Source of the DNA: an uncultured Eubacteriales bacterium
GTDB lineage: Bacteria > Bacillota > Clostridia > Christensenellales > CAG-138
DNA length: 64,000 bases
Assembly (NCBI GenBank): GCA_902787375.1
Contig: CADAGD010000007.1
Span: 3,878-67,877, forward strand
Direction of reading: 5' to 3'
Position numbers and translations under genes: made by a program. The notes under the pieces are model-generated. The model was not told where the DNA came from, did no database searches, and was given only the letters and a program-made list of their open reading frames with translations. Below are positions 44,226 through 52,569 of the stretch, in pieces. How positions within the stretch are numbered: position 1 is the first letter of the stretch; each line of letters begins with the position of its first letter.

Positions 44226-45144
44226 AACTTTAAAAAACAATCCTGATACGGAGCTTTCTCCCGAAGTCGATGCGGCAATGCACCGCTTATTATCCGATGT
44301 TTCGGAGCGCGACAACAGCGGAGTTGATTATGAGCGCATTTTAGGCGACATAAAGCGCAAAGCCGCCTCCGAGAACATTGTTGTGTTCCCGTCCGCGAAG
44401 CCCGCAAAAAAGCGCAGAAACCTTGCCCGATTTGCTGCGGTTGCCGCTGCCGCATTTCTTATGATAGGAGCCGCCTCGCTCGTAGCGTCGCATATGCTGA
44501 ATAAAGAAAACAACTACTCGGCAAGCATGGACGCCGCTGTAAGCAATCCTCCCGAAAGCGCGAAGACTGACGACAAGCAGGCTTCCGCGTTCACTCCGAT
44601 ACCGACGAGCGTCATAACAAACGCTCCCGAAGAACATAATTATGAAATCAACACGGAAGCGGCATTCGCTGTTGCAACAGAGCCTGTGATAATATCGGAA
44701 ATGCCCACCGACGAGCCTATCGAATTCTCACCCTTCCCCACCGAGTTTCCCACAAGGGACGGTGTAGCCGGGTATGTTGAGATAGAGGCTCCCGAATCGG
44801 AGCCGCTTGAGCCGTCAGAGCTCATTCCCTCCGAGCTTCCCGAATTTATGGACGTCAAGGAATCAACCGATCCGTTTGAAGCTTTTGCTTACGGAAACAG
44901 CGACGATGAGGAGTATTGCTATACATGCCAAATGCTGCATGATATTGACGCCGAGCTTGATATAGGCGTAGCTCAATACAACATCAATGATTTTTCCGGA
45001 ACCATAAGCTATCTGTGGCGCATTTCCGAGGATACATTCCTTTATGTGGAGTTCACGGGCTTTGACAGGGAGCGTACCGAAGGCATCTTGGCCAGCCTGT
45101 TTGAATCCGACGAGAGTCCCGAAAGTACCCAGATAAATGAGTGA
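44215..45144 (+). CDS. Single-pass membrane protein, putative anti-sigma factor
   Basis: Overlaps the sigma stop; TM FAAVAAAAFLMIGAASLVASHML; acidic extracytoplasmic region. Confidence 0.45.
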   Translation: MNDETLKNNPDTELSPEVDAAMHRLLSDVSERDNSGVDYERILGDIKRKAASENIVVFPSAKPAKKRRNLARFAAVAAAAFLMIGAASLVASHMLNKENNYSASMDAAVSNPPESAKTDDKQASAFTPIPTSVITNAPEEHNYEINTEAAFAVATEPVIISEMPTDEPIEFSPFPTEFPTRDGVAGYVEIEAPESEPLEPSELIPSELPEFMDVKESTDPFEAFAYGNSDDEEYCYTCQMLHDIDAELDIGVAQYNINDFSGTISYLWRISEDTFLYVEFTGFDRERTEGILASLFESDESPESTQINE

Positions 45145-45160
45145 CATCAATATAAAAACG

Positions 45161-45195
45161 AGGACGCATACACCACTTGGCGATGCGTCCTTATT
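45161..45195. terminator. Bidirectional hairpin terminator
   Basis: aggacgcat-N13-atgcgtcct between convergent genes. Confidence 0.55.
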
Positions 45196-45271
45196 ATATC
45201 CGGCTTTTATACTCGCATTGCAGAGGAGCCATCAATTATCCGAGCTTGCCCAAGCCTTGCAGCCTGCGGCG

Positions 45272-45700
45272 TCAAGCATGTGATATGTCGCTGCCTATCT
45301 GCTCCGTATCGAGCTTTTGCAGAAGCTCCTCAAAGGTACATACTACTCTTTCAATGCAGGGATGGAAATAGAAAACACATGTATGCTCATTGAAATCAAA
45401 ATCCTCCCAACGCTCGCTCCACAGAATTATGCGCTTATTGCCCCTTGTGGCTATCGCAAGTCCCAGTTCTGTATGAGTGCTGCTTCCTCCCGGCAAGAGT
45501 ACCACAACAAGCTCGGCATCCCTTACTGAGCGCAACCCATTGAAAGCCGCTTCGCTCATGCCCGAAATGCCTTCCTTGCTCACATCGTCAAAGAACACCC
45601 TGTTATCATAGGTCTGCTCATGACCTCTGCTTTTAAGCACCTCCGCAAGCGCGGCTGCCTTTCTTCCGTTTGCAATGCTTGAAGCGATATAAAACCTCAT
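45272..45700 (-). CDS. Nucleoside 2-deoxyribosyltransferase-like protein
   Basis: MRFYIASS..., ...LLPGGSSTHTELGLAIATRGNKRIIL pattern of the NDT-like fold. Confidence 0.5.
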   Translation of the reverse strand: MRFYIASSIANGRKAAALAEVLKSRGHEQTYDNRVFFDDVSKEGISGMSEAAFNGLRSVRDAELVVVLLPGGSSTHTELGLAIATRGNKRIILWSERWEDFDFNEHTCVFYFHPCIERVVCTFEELLQKLDTEQIGSDISHA

Positions 45701-46023
45701 TTGCCTTTCACTTCCTCTCCTGTGAGCCACTTATGCCCGTGCCAACACGCTTCCAAGCTACTGCGGGTTTTATGAAGCGCGTATTGATATATCCTTCAGA
45801 CAGGCACAATTCAATCACAAAGTTTCCCATCCGTGGGAAATTATACCACACCCTTCCCTAAAATGCAAGAAAAGCAATGCCATCCGACTAAAAACAGACA
45901 ATAAACACCCATTTTGAGCTGTATTTACATAGATTTTACAACTGACCTGTTGAAAAAGCGGCCATACTTGTTTATAATAAGGAAAGGTTATGCAGGAGCT
46001 TTCCTGCTGAAAGGTGCTTTATT

Positions 46024-46890
46024 ATGTTCGGTTATATCACTCCGCTTATACCTGAGTTGAAGGTCAGGGATAAGGAGCTTTATCAAAGCTATTATTGCGG
46101 CCTGTGCCGCGCTCTCGGCAAGTATGGTCTTGGCTCCAAGCTGTCGCTCACCTATGACGCGACATTCGCCGCCATACTGCTTTCGGCGGTTACGGACAGC
46201 GAGCCTGAGTTTACACCTCACGCCTGTGTTATCCATCCGGGACGCGGCAAAACTCCAATGGTCAAGCATGACGGCATAATGGATTTCTGTGCCGCGGTAT
46301 GCGTACTGCTTGCAAGGTACAAGCTCCTTGACGACGCTCAGGATGGCAGACCCGTAAGAAAAGCCGCCCTGCCCATTATCGCCCGCGGGATCAAACGCGC
46401 CGAGAGCAAGTATCCCGAAGTCGCAAAGGTACTCAGAGAAGGACTTGATATGTTCAACGGTCTTGAAACATCCAAGGACTGTGATCCCGACGACGCTCCC
46501 CTGCTGTTCGGAGGAATACTTGGGAATCTGCTCGCAGCATACCCCGGTCTTGACAGCTCGTCAAAGCCTCTTATAAAGGAGCTTGGAAGCAAGCTCGGCG
46601 GTTATGTCTATATAATCGATGACTGGGACGACGTTGTAGAGGACAAAAAGCGCGGTTCATACAACATTTTTACGCTCTCGCATTTTGATAATCCCCGTGA
46701 AACATGCGCGGCTTTGCTTGATATGTACATCAATTCTGCGGTGCTTGCCTATGATTTAATGGACATAAAGGTCAACAAGCCCCTGCTTGACAACATAATG
46801 TACATGGGATTGGGCTATCGCGCCGCAGAGGTCATAAACAAGGGCAGAAAACAGGATAAGGAAAGCTCAACGGAGGAAGTAATAAAGTGA
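46024..46890 (+). CDS. DUF5685-like protein
   Basis: [34 protein letters not shown]-terminus typical of the family found next to J-domain genes in Clostridia (from memory); TTGAAA-17-TATAAT promoter at about 45950-45980. Confidence 0.6.
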   Translation: MFGYITPLIPELKVRDKELYQSYYCGLCRALGKYGLGSKLSLTYDATFAAILLSAVTDSEPEFTPHACVIHPGRGKTPMVKHDGIMDFCAAVCVLLARYKLLDDAQDGRPVRKAALPIIARGIKRAESKYPEVAKVLREGLDMFNGLETSKDCDPDDAPLLFGGILGNLLAAYPGLDSSSKPLIKELGSKLGGYVYIIDDWDDVVEDKKRGSYNIFTLSHFDNPRETCAALLDMYINSAVLAYDLMDIKVNKPLLDNIMYMGLGYRAAEVINKGRKQDKESSTEEVIK

Positions 46891-47615
46891 ACCCATATCA
46901 GGTATTGGGCGTTTCGCCCTCGGCTTCTCAGGAGGAGATTCGAGAAGCCTATATGAAGCTCGTAAAAAAATACCATCCCGACCGCTATCAGGATTCCAAC
47001 CTGAAAAAACAGGCCGAGGATAAGATGAAACAGATAAACGCCGCTTATGATATGCTGACAAAGAAGTCTTCCGGCTCATCCGGCTCATCTTACGGCCCCG
47101 GTTCAAGTCAGTCCTCCGGCAGTTACGGTAATTACGGTTCATCCGGCGGCTATGGCGGTTACGGCGGTTACGGTCAATATGGCAATTACGGCAATTACGG
47201 CGGCTATGGGGGATACGGTCAATACGGGTCGGGCGGCAGAACCGGTTCAAGCTCATATTCCGGGCAGTATGCCTCTGAGTTCTCCCGTGTCCGCACATTC
47301 ATCAACAACGGGAATATAGCCGCCGCAATGTCGCTTCTTGGGAGCATACCCCTGCACAATGCCGAGTGGAATTTCCTTTACGGAATGTGCTGCTACAGGA
47401 ACGGTCAGTACACCCGCGCATATGAGTACATATCCCGCGCCTGCCAAATGGATCCGTCAAACACCGAATACATATCCGCCCTTTCATCCATGAGAGGCGC
47501 GTCCTCAACCTCTCGCACATGGACATCTCGCGGAAGCGACTATGACTGCTGTACGGTCTGCGGAACCATGCTCTGCGCCAACATGATGTGCAATATGTGC
47601 TGCCGCGCACGCTGA
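46887..47615 (+). CDS. J-domain protein with Gly/Tyr-rich low-complexity region and Cys-rich tail
   Basis: [33 protein letters not shown] (HPD motif); [37 protein letters not shown]; C-terminal [19 protein letters not shown]; GTG start overlaps the upstream stop. Confidence 0.8.
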   Translation: MNPYQVLGVSPSASQEEIREAYMKLVKKYHPDRYQDSNLKKQAEDKMKQINAAYDMLTKKSSGSSGSSYGPGSSQSSGSYGNYGSSGGYGGYGGYGQYGNYGNYGGYGGYGQYGSGGRTGSSSYSGQYASEFSRVRTFINNGNIAAAMSLLGSIPLHNAEWNFLYGMCCYRNGQYTRAYEYISRACQMDPSNTEYISALSSMRGASSTSRTWTSRGSDYDCCTVCGTMLCANMMCNMCCRAR

Positions 47616-47660
47616 GAAGCGGCATTATAAACCAAATCAACCTATGAGGTGAATCCACAA

Positions 47661-48203
47661 ATGAAACGTCTACCTACGAGTCTTATGGCAGCGGCGCTCG
47701 GTATGAGCATTGCCGTATCGGTGCTGTGCCTGTTCGCGGCAAGCGTTACGGAAATAATCCCGCTTTCCGCAGTATGTCTGTTCTTCGCTTCTCTAATGAC
47801 ATGGATACCCGTGCGCGAGGAACACGGCTACATATTCGCGGCAATAAAGTTTACAGCCGTGACGGCAATATCGCTTATGATCTGCCCCGGTATCTACACA
47901 TATCTTTACATACTGATTTTCGGCAATTACGCTCCTCTGCGCCTGTTCCTTCGCACAAGGCTCGACGACCGCTTTCTCACGGTGCTTCTTAGGATGCTCT
48001 ATTTCAACCTCCTGGTCTGTATAGGACTTGCCGTCACACAGTTCATACTCCACTATGACGTTATGATGTTCATTCCCGGCATCCCCGTATACATACCCGT
48101 TGCGGCTCTGGAGGTTGGCTTCATCGTTTATATGCTTATCTATAAGTTCTTTTCATATCTGTTCGATTCGGCTTTGAGGAATAAGCTGATGCCGAGACGT
48201 TGA
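47661..48203 (+). CDS. Polytopic membrane protein, hypothetical
   Basis: Five or six TM helices; GAGGTG RBS 9 nt before ATG 47661. Confidence 0.5.
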   Translation: MKRLPTSLMAAALGMSIAVSVLCLFAASVTEIIPLSAVCLFFASLMTWIPVREEHGYIFAAIKFTAVTAISLMICPGIYTYLYILIFGNYAPLRLFLRTRLDDRFLTVLLRMLYFNLLVCIGLAVTQFILHYDVMMFIPGIPVYIPVAALEVGFIVYMLIYKFFSYLFDSALRNKLMPRR

Positions 48204-48221
48204 TAAAGCATACTTTAAACA

Positions 48222-48249
48222 CCCCGTGCGGGAAGCTTCCTGCACGGGG
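48222..48249. terminator. Bidirectional hairpin terminator
   Basis: ccccgtgcgggaagcttcctgcacgggg between convergent genes. Confidence 0.65.
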
Positions 48250-48255
48250 CTGTTA

Positions 48256-49461
48256 TTATTCATCATCGGTTTTATTTTTATAATACTCATGCACGAGGCT
48301 TTTAAGTCCAAGCGATCTCATATAATCATAGCGCACATTGAACCGCGCCTTTGTGCTTTTGCCGCTGACAAGGCGGCGCACGCAATCCTGCGCATAGCGG
48401 TCAATGGCATTCAAGCTCTTTGTCGTATTTATGACGGGAAAGAACCAGTAAGTCCACGTCAGTTCATTGTCCGACACGCTCTCGAAAAGCTTGCGGTTGA
48501 ATATCCTTATGAACGCCTTTGCCGCCCTCTCCCCCTCTATGCCGTTCCTGTCCCGCCATCTTGCAAGGGCGCGCATCTTGCGGCGCATCTTATGCTTGAG
48601 CTTATCCAGCGACGCCGGAGCAATATCTATAACTCCGTGTCTGTATGAGAATCCCAAAAATACAAAGCCCTCATCAGGGGAGGAAAAACGCTCCTTATCG
48701 GGATTCAGCTCAAGTCCGTTCTCCTTCAAAAAGCTTCGCACCGTTTCAGCGTGTCCCTGCGCCCCCTCACGGGTTTTCGCAAAGAGTATTATATCATCCG
48801 AATAGCGGCAATAAGGCACTCCAAGCTTCTCAAAATGCCTGTCAAGCTCCGTCAGGAACAGATTCGCGTAGAACGATGCGAGGGGCGTTCCCGCCATAAT
48901 ACCCTTTCTTTCCTTGATGCGCTCACCGTTTTCAAGCACATACGGCTCCTCAAGAAGCCTTTTCAAAAAGGCATAAAGCTCCTCATCATCCCCCATCGCG
49001 TTCTTTAAAAGCGGCAGAAGCCTTTCAATATCTATCGAGTTGAAATAATTGCTTATATCCGCCTTATAGGAGTACATCTCCCCCACCCCTCTGACGCGCA
49101 GGAGCGACATTATGGCGTCCTTTGCCGTTCTTCCCGGACGGAACGAAAACAGGTTATCGGCAAACAACCCGTCATTTCTTCTCAGCATAATGTATGTAAG
49201 CAGCTTCAGGACCCGGTTATGGGCATCCGGGTATGTGTACACAACACGCTTTTTCTGCGTGGATTGCTTGCTTATAATCGACTTTTGCGGCAGAGGGAAA
49301 TCGCAGCCTAACGCAATGCTCTCGCATACGGGAATGTATCCCCTGCTGTCTATGAACCGACGCAGCTCCCTTTTCAGTCTGTCGGGACAGACAAGCCCCG
49401 ACTTATACTCATAAAACCGTTCCCACACGCTTACATCCGACAGCTCGTCCAAAATGCTCAT
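48256..49461 (-). CDS. Stand-alone reverse transcriptase (RNA-directed DNA polymerase), 401 aa
   Basis: RT motifs KKRVVYTYPDAHNRVLK, FSFRPGRTAKDA, YKADISNYFNSID, GIMAGTPLASFYANLFL, RYSDDIILF (YSDD at 48793-48804), FVFLGFSY; start at ATG 49461 (MSILDEL). Confidence 0.85.
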   Translation of the reverse strand: MSILDELSDVSVWERFYEYKSGLVCPDRLKRELRRFIDSRGYIPVCESIALGCDFPLPQKSIISKQSTQKKRVVYTYPDAHNRVLKLLTYIMLRRNDGLFADNLFSFRPGRTAKDAIMSLLRVRGVGEMYSYKADISNYFNSIDIERLLPLLKNAMGDDEELYAFLKRLLEEPYVLENGERIKERKGIMAGTPLASFYANLFLTELDRHFEKLGVPYCRYSDDIILFAKTREGAQGHAETVRSFLKENGLELNPDKERFSSPDEGFVFLGFSYRHGVIDIAPASLDKLKHKMRRKMRALARWRDRNGIEGERAAKAFIRIFNRKLFESVSDNELTWTYWFFPVINTTKSLNAIDRYAQDCVRRLVSGKSTKARFNVRYDYMRSLGLKSLVHEYYKNKTDDE

Positions 49462-49499
49462 AAAACGCCTTTCAATCGGGATATTATAATAAAAACCGA

Positions 49500-49691
49500 C
49501 CCATATCCGAAAGCTGTGCCTTCGGACACGGATCGTCAACAAACAGGGGCGAAAGAAATTAAATTCAGGAAGTTCCTGAATGTACCGGGCCGTACACGGA
49601 CACGCTGCCTGCAAAGCCGCCGCTTTAAAGCGTCAAAAGTCCGTGCCTTGCCCCCCGCAGGCGCATGGCGTTCCGCCCCCGTCGTTTGCCC
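49500..49691 (-). ncRNA. Candidate structured RNA upstream of the RT (hypothetical)
   Basis: GC-rich intergenic segment with several stems (ggcg-gaa-cgcc, ccgt-gt-acgg, attcaggaa/ttcctgaat, tccgaa-N8-ttcgga); no homology evidence. Confidence 0.25.
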
Positions 49692-50210
49692 TTACATGGA
49701 GCTGATGCCAAGCGCGCCGCGAACACGTTCCCTGACATATGTCCTTGTGTTCCACCAACCGAAATGATCGAAATAGAAGCGCAGATACGGAGTACCCGTT
49801 TCCTTGCAATCATTGCGGAGCTTATTCGCCTCGCTCTTTTCGGTCATAAGCTCGACAACAAGCTCTATCCTTCCGTTTCGCTCAAGCGTGAAATACGATC
49901 TGCGTCCTATGTCAAGCTCGGAATACTTGGCCTCATACCCCGCAAAATCCTCACGGAATATCATCCTAAAATAATCGACATAGTTCCCGTTGTAATTGTA
50001 CTGGCATTCCTCGGCAGGTATCCTGTCATAGTATCCGCAGCCCTCATCAGGCTCCGACGGTGCGGACGTGTGTTCGACACTCGGAGCGTTCGCTGTGCTC
50101 TGGCTGCCCGTCTGCGGCTTATCGCCAAGTATCTCGCCGACAACGGCTTCGGCAACCTTGCCCGCGACCTCATTCTTGACCTTATTGATTATACTTGAAA
50201 GCAAACTCAT
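49692..50210 (-). CDS. Hypothetical protein, possibly a PD-(D/E)xK / DUF2726-like nuclease fold
   Basis: AGGAGG RBS 8 nt before ATG 50210; C-terminal ...YFTLERNGRIELVVELMTEKSEANKLRNDCKETGTPYLRFY pattern; the assignment is tentative. Confidence 0.45.
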   Translation of the reverse strand: MSLLSSIINKVKNEVAGKVAEAVVGEILGDKPQTGSQSTANAPSVEHTSAPSEPDEGCGYYDRIPAEECQYNYNGNYVDYFRMIFREDFAGYEAKYSELDIGRRSYFTLERNGRIELVVELMTEKSEANKLRNDCKETGTPYLRFYFDHFGWWNTRTYVRERVRGALGISSM

Positions 50211-50379
50211 ATGGCTTACCTCCTTTTTTATTTGATTATACCAGAGTATATCCCGTTTGGCAATAGCCGTTGTGACGGCATATATAAACTTTTTGTGCAA
50301 ACATACATTTGGGGATTGTTTGCGGGCTTGCCATAATGTATAATCTAATTAACACAATATTCTCTTTTGAGGTGATAAA

Positions 50380-50871
50380 ATGAGCATCAGGACACTCTAT
50401 CTCGCAGGCGGCTGTTTTTGGGGTACGCAGCGTTTCTTCGACCAGTTTGACGGCATAATAAATACCGAGGTCGGATATGCCAACGGGCCAACCGAAAACC
50501 CCACATACAAGGATGTATGCGCATCCTCCGGTCATGCGGAAACCGTTAAGGTCGTATTCGACGACGCCTTGATTTCAGCCCGGAAACTTCTTGAATACTA
50601 TTTCATGGTGATAGACCCCATATCCATCAACAGGCAGGGCGGCGACACGGGCATACAGTATCGCACGGGCGTCTACTACGATGACGATTCCCTCCTTCCC
50701 GCAATAAGAGCGGTCTTTGACGAGGAACAGAAAAAGTATTCTCAGCCTCTTGCCGTCGAGCTGCTCCCGCTTGAGAACTTCTTCAGCGCGGAGGAATACC
50801 ATCAGAAGTACCTTGAGAAGAATCCGACGGGCTACTGTCACATACCATCAAGCATGTTCGAGCTTGATTAA
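50380..50871 (+). CDS. msrA: Peptide-methionine (S)-S-oxide reductase
   Basis: LAGGCFWGTQRFF active-site motif, ...GYCHI. Confidence 0.9.
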   Translation: MSIRTLYLAGGCFWGTQRFFDQFDGIINTEVGYANGPTENPTYKDVCASSGHAETVKVVFDDALISARKLLEYYFMVIDPISINRQGGDTGIQYRTGVYYDDDSLLPAIRAVFDEEQKKYSQPLAVELLPLENFFSAEEYHQKYLEKNPTGYCHIPSSMFELD

Positions 50872-51015
50872 ATGCAATAAAGCAACAGCTTTGGGCGCGG
50901 AATTAAACTTCGCGCTTTTTATTAATGCTGTTTATGCAGAGTTTAACGCAAGCTGTGCCCGAACTGTTGCATACCGCTTTTTTTATGCTATCATATAGCG
51001 CAAGGAGGTGATCGG

Positions 51016-51465
51016 ATGAAGATAAAGCTTGTCCTGAGCGATGAGAACCACGATATTGTCGCCGACTTTCTCACAAAGCACGGCATAGAGATAGACGATT
51101 CGTCCGAATTTGTGCTTATAGAACAGAACAGGTATCCTCAGCACTTGACCGTGAAGGACGGGCGCGGCGAACGTGCACTCATAAGTGTGGACGACATAGT
51201 CCTCATAGAAACATTCGGACACACGGTTTCCGTCGTCACAGCCGACGGCGAATACACATCGCAGTTAAGGCTTTATCAGCTTGAGCTGACTCTCGACCCG
51301 GCGCGTTTCCTTCGCATCAGCAACTCCGTTATCATTCAGAGGAACAAGATAAAGAGGATACTGCCGTCATTGTCAATGAGATTCGTTCTTGAGATGTGTA
51401 ATTCCCGGAGGGTGGACGTCACCCGAAGCTACTATTTGAAATTCAAAGAATATTTTAAAATCTGA
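51016..51465 (+). CDS. LytTR family DNA-binding protein
   Basis: ISVDDIVLIETFGHTVSVVTADGEYTSQLRLYQLE...FLRISNSVIIQRNKIKRI. Confidence 0.8.
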   Translation: MKIKLVLSDENHDIVADFLTKHGIEIDDSSEFVLIEQNRYPQHLTVKDGRGERALISVDDIVLIETFGHTVSVVTADGEYTSQLRLYQLELTLDPARFLRISNSVIIQRNKIKRILPSLSMRFVLEMCNSRRVDVTRSYYLKFKEYFKI

Positions 51466-51477
51466 CAGGAGGTTATT

Positions 51478-52503
51478 ATGTCATCTACAGTTATATCAAC
51501 ATGGGGTATTATAATCGTACTGATCGCCATAATCACCGTAGCCGTTGTGTACATTGCATCCTATAAATCACGGCTTAAACGGGCGGTCAATAACGAGAAT
51601 ATGGGCAATTCCATGCCTTCTCCGGCAGGCTTCTTCGCTGTGTTCGGAGTCTTCGTTATAGCCGGACTGATAATCTGGCTGATAATTAAAATGGGCAGCA
51701 TTACCGACAGCATAGCAGCATTGCAAAACAATCTCAATTACAACCTTGCAGGCATCAGCAATCAGCTTGACAATCTCAATTCCGAACCCGAATATAAGAA
51801 TTTTTCGTCAATAGTCTATGATTCCGATTTAGATTTGAAAAGCGGTTCAGGCAATCTCAGGATAGAAGCCATACCCACGTCGGTCTCGTTGGATGCCAAA
51901 ATCGCCGTGAATTTAGAAGGCTCAATATATGAGCTTAAAAACCATGGCGGCATATACTCCTGCGACATTGAGCTTTCACTTGAAAAACCTGAGCTTGTTG
52001 AATGTCTTAATGAAGGTTGTGATGCCTTAATAACAGTCACTCAAAACGGTGTAATGAGTACGGATACCTTTACTGTTTGGCTTGTAAAACAACTGCCTGT
52101 TTTAAGCTTTAAGGACTTCCGTGAACCAACGATCAATTTTAATGATTCGGAAAAGGAGCTTGAAAAAAGCACGTTTACATTCTCTGAGTATCCAACCTTA
52201 GAGATTTCCACAGAAGGTGTTGAACTGCCTGATTTCTCAGCAGAGATAAATGTCTTTAGAATGGTCAATGAGGAATCTTCCATAATCGAGACAATTCCCG
52301 TTGAGCTGACCTATGAAGGAGATGACATCTATACTCTTACTCCACACTTTGACAGCACATATCCCGCGCTTGATAATGTGAGTTTCTTCCTCTATCTAAG
52401 GCTTGAAAATGGACTGAGCTTATGCTTTGGAGATTTCTTAAACGTTTCATTGAACAACGTACAGTTCAACAATTACCTCGAAGCCGATCTCCTATTTGAA
52501 TAA
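51478..52503 (+). CDS. Membrane-anchored hypothetical protein
   Basis: Two N-terminal TM helices, large extracytoplasmic domain; GGAGG RBS. Confidence 0.5.
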   Translation: MSSTVISTWGIIIVLIAIITVAVVYIASYKSRLKRAVNNENMGNSMPSPAGFFAVFGVFVIAGLIIWLIIKMGSITDSIAALQNNLNYNLAGISNQLDNLNSEPEYKNFSSIVYDSDLDLKSGSGNLRIEAIPTSVSLDAKIAVNLEGSIYELKNHGGIYSCDIELSLEKPELVECLNEGCDALITVTQNGVMSTDTFTVWLVKQLPVLSFKDFREPTINFNDSEKELEKSTFTFSEYPTLEISTEGVELPDFSAEINVFRMVNEESSIIETIPVELTYEGDDIYTLTPHFDSTYPALDNVSFFLYLRLENGLSLCFGDFLNVSLNNVQFNNYLEADLLFE

Positions 52504-52569
52504 TGTAAACGTAACAACACAGAACAAGCGTGGAGCGAGCCGCCCCACGCTTGTTTGCTTACAAGGACA

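Noticed and set aside
48256-49461. RT as part of a group II intron, retron or DGR
   Set aside because: No intron-encoded-protein-type N-terminus or domain V-like RNA was seen. The retron VTG/NAxxH signatures are absent. The DGR (I/L)GxxxSQ motif is absent, and I could find no TR/VR repeat pair between the spacer and the upstream gene's 3' end. This rejection rests on motif inspection only.
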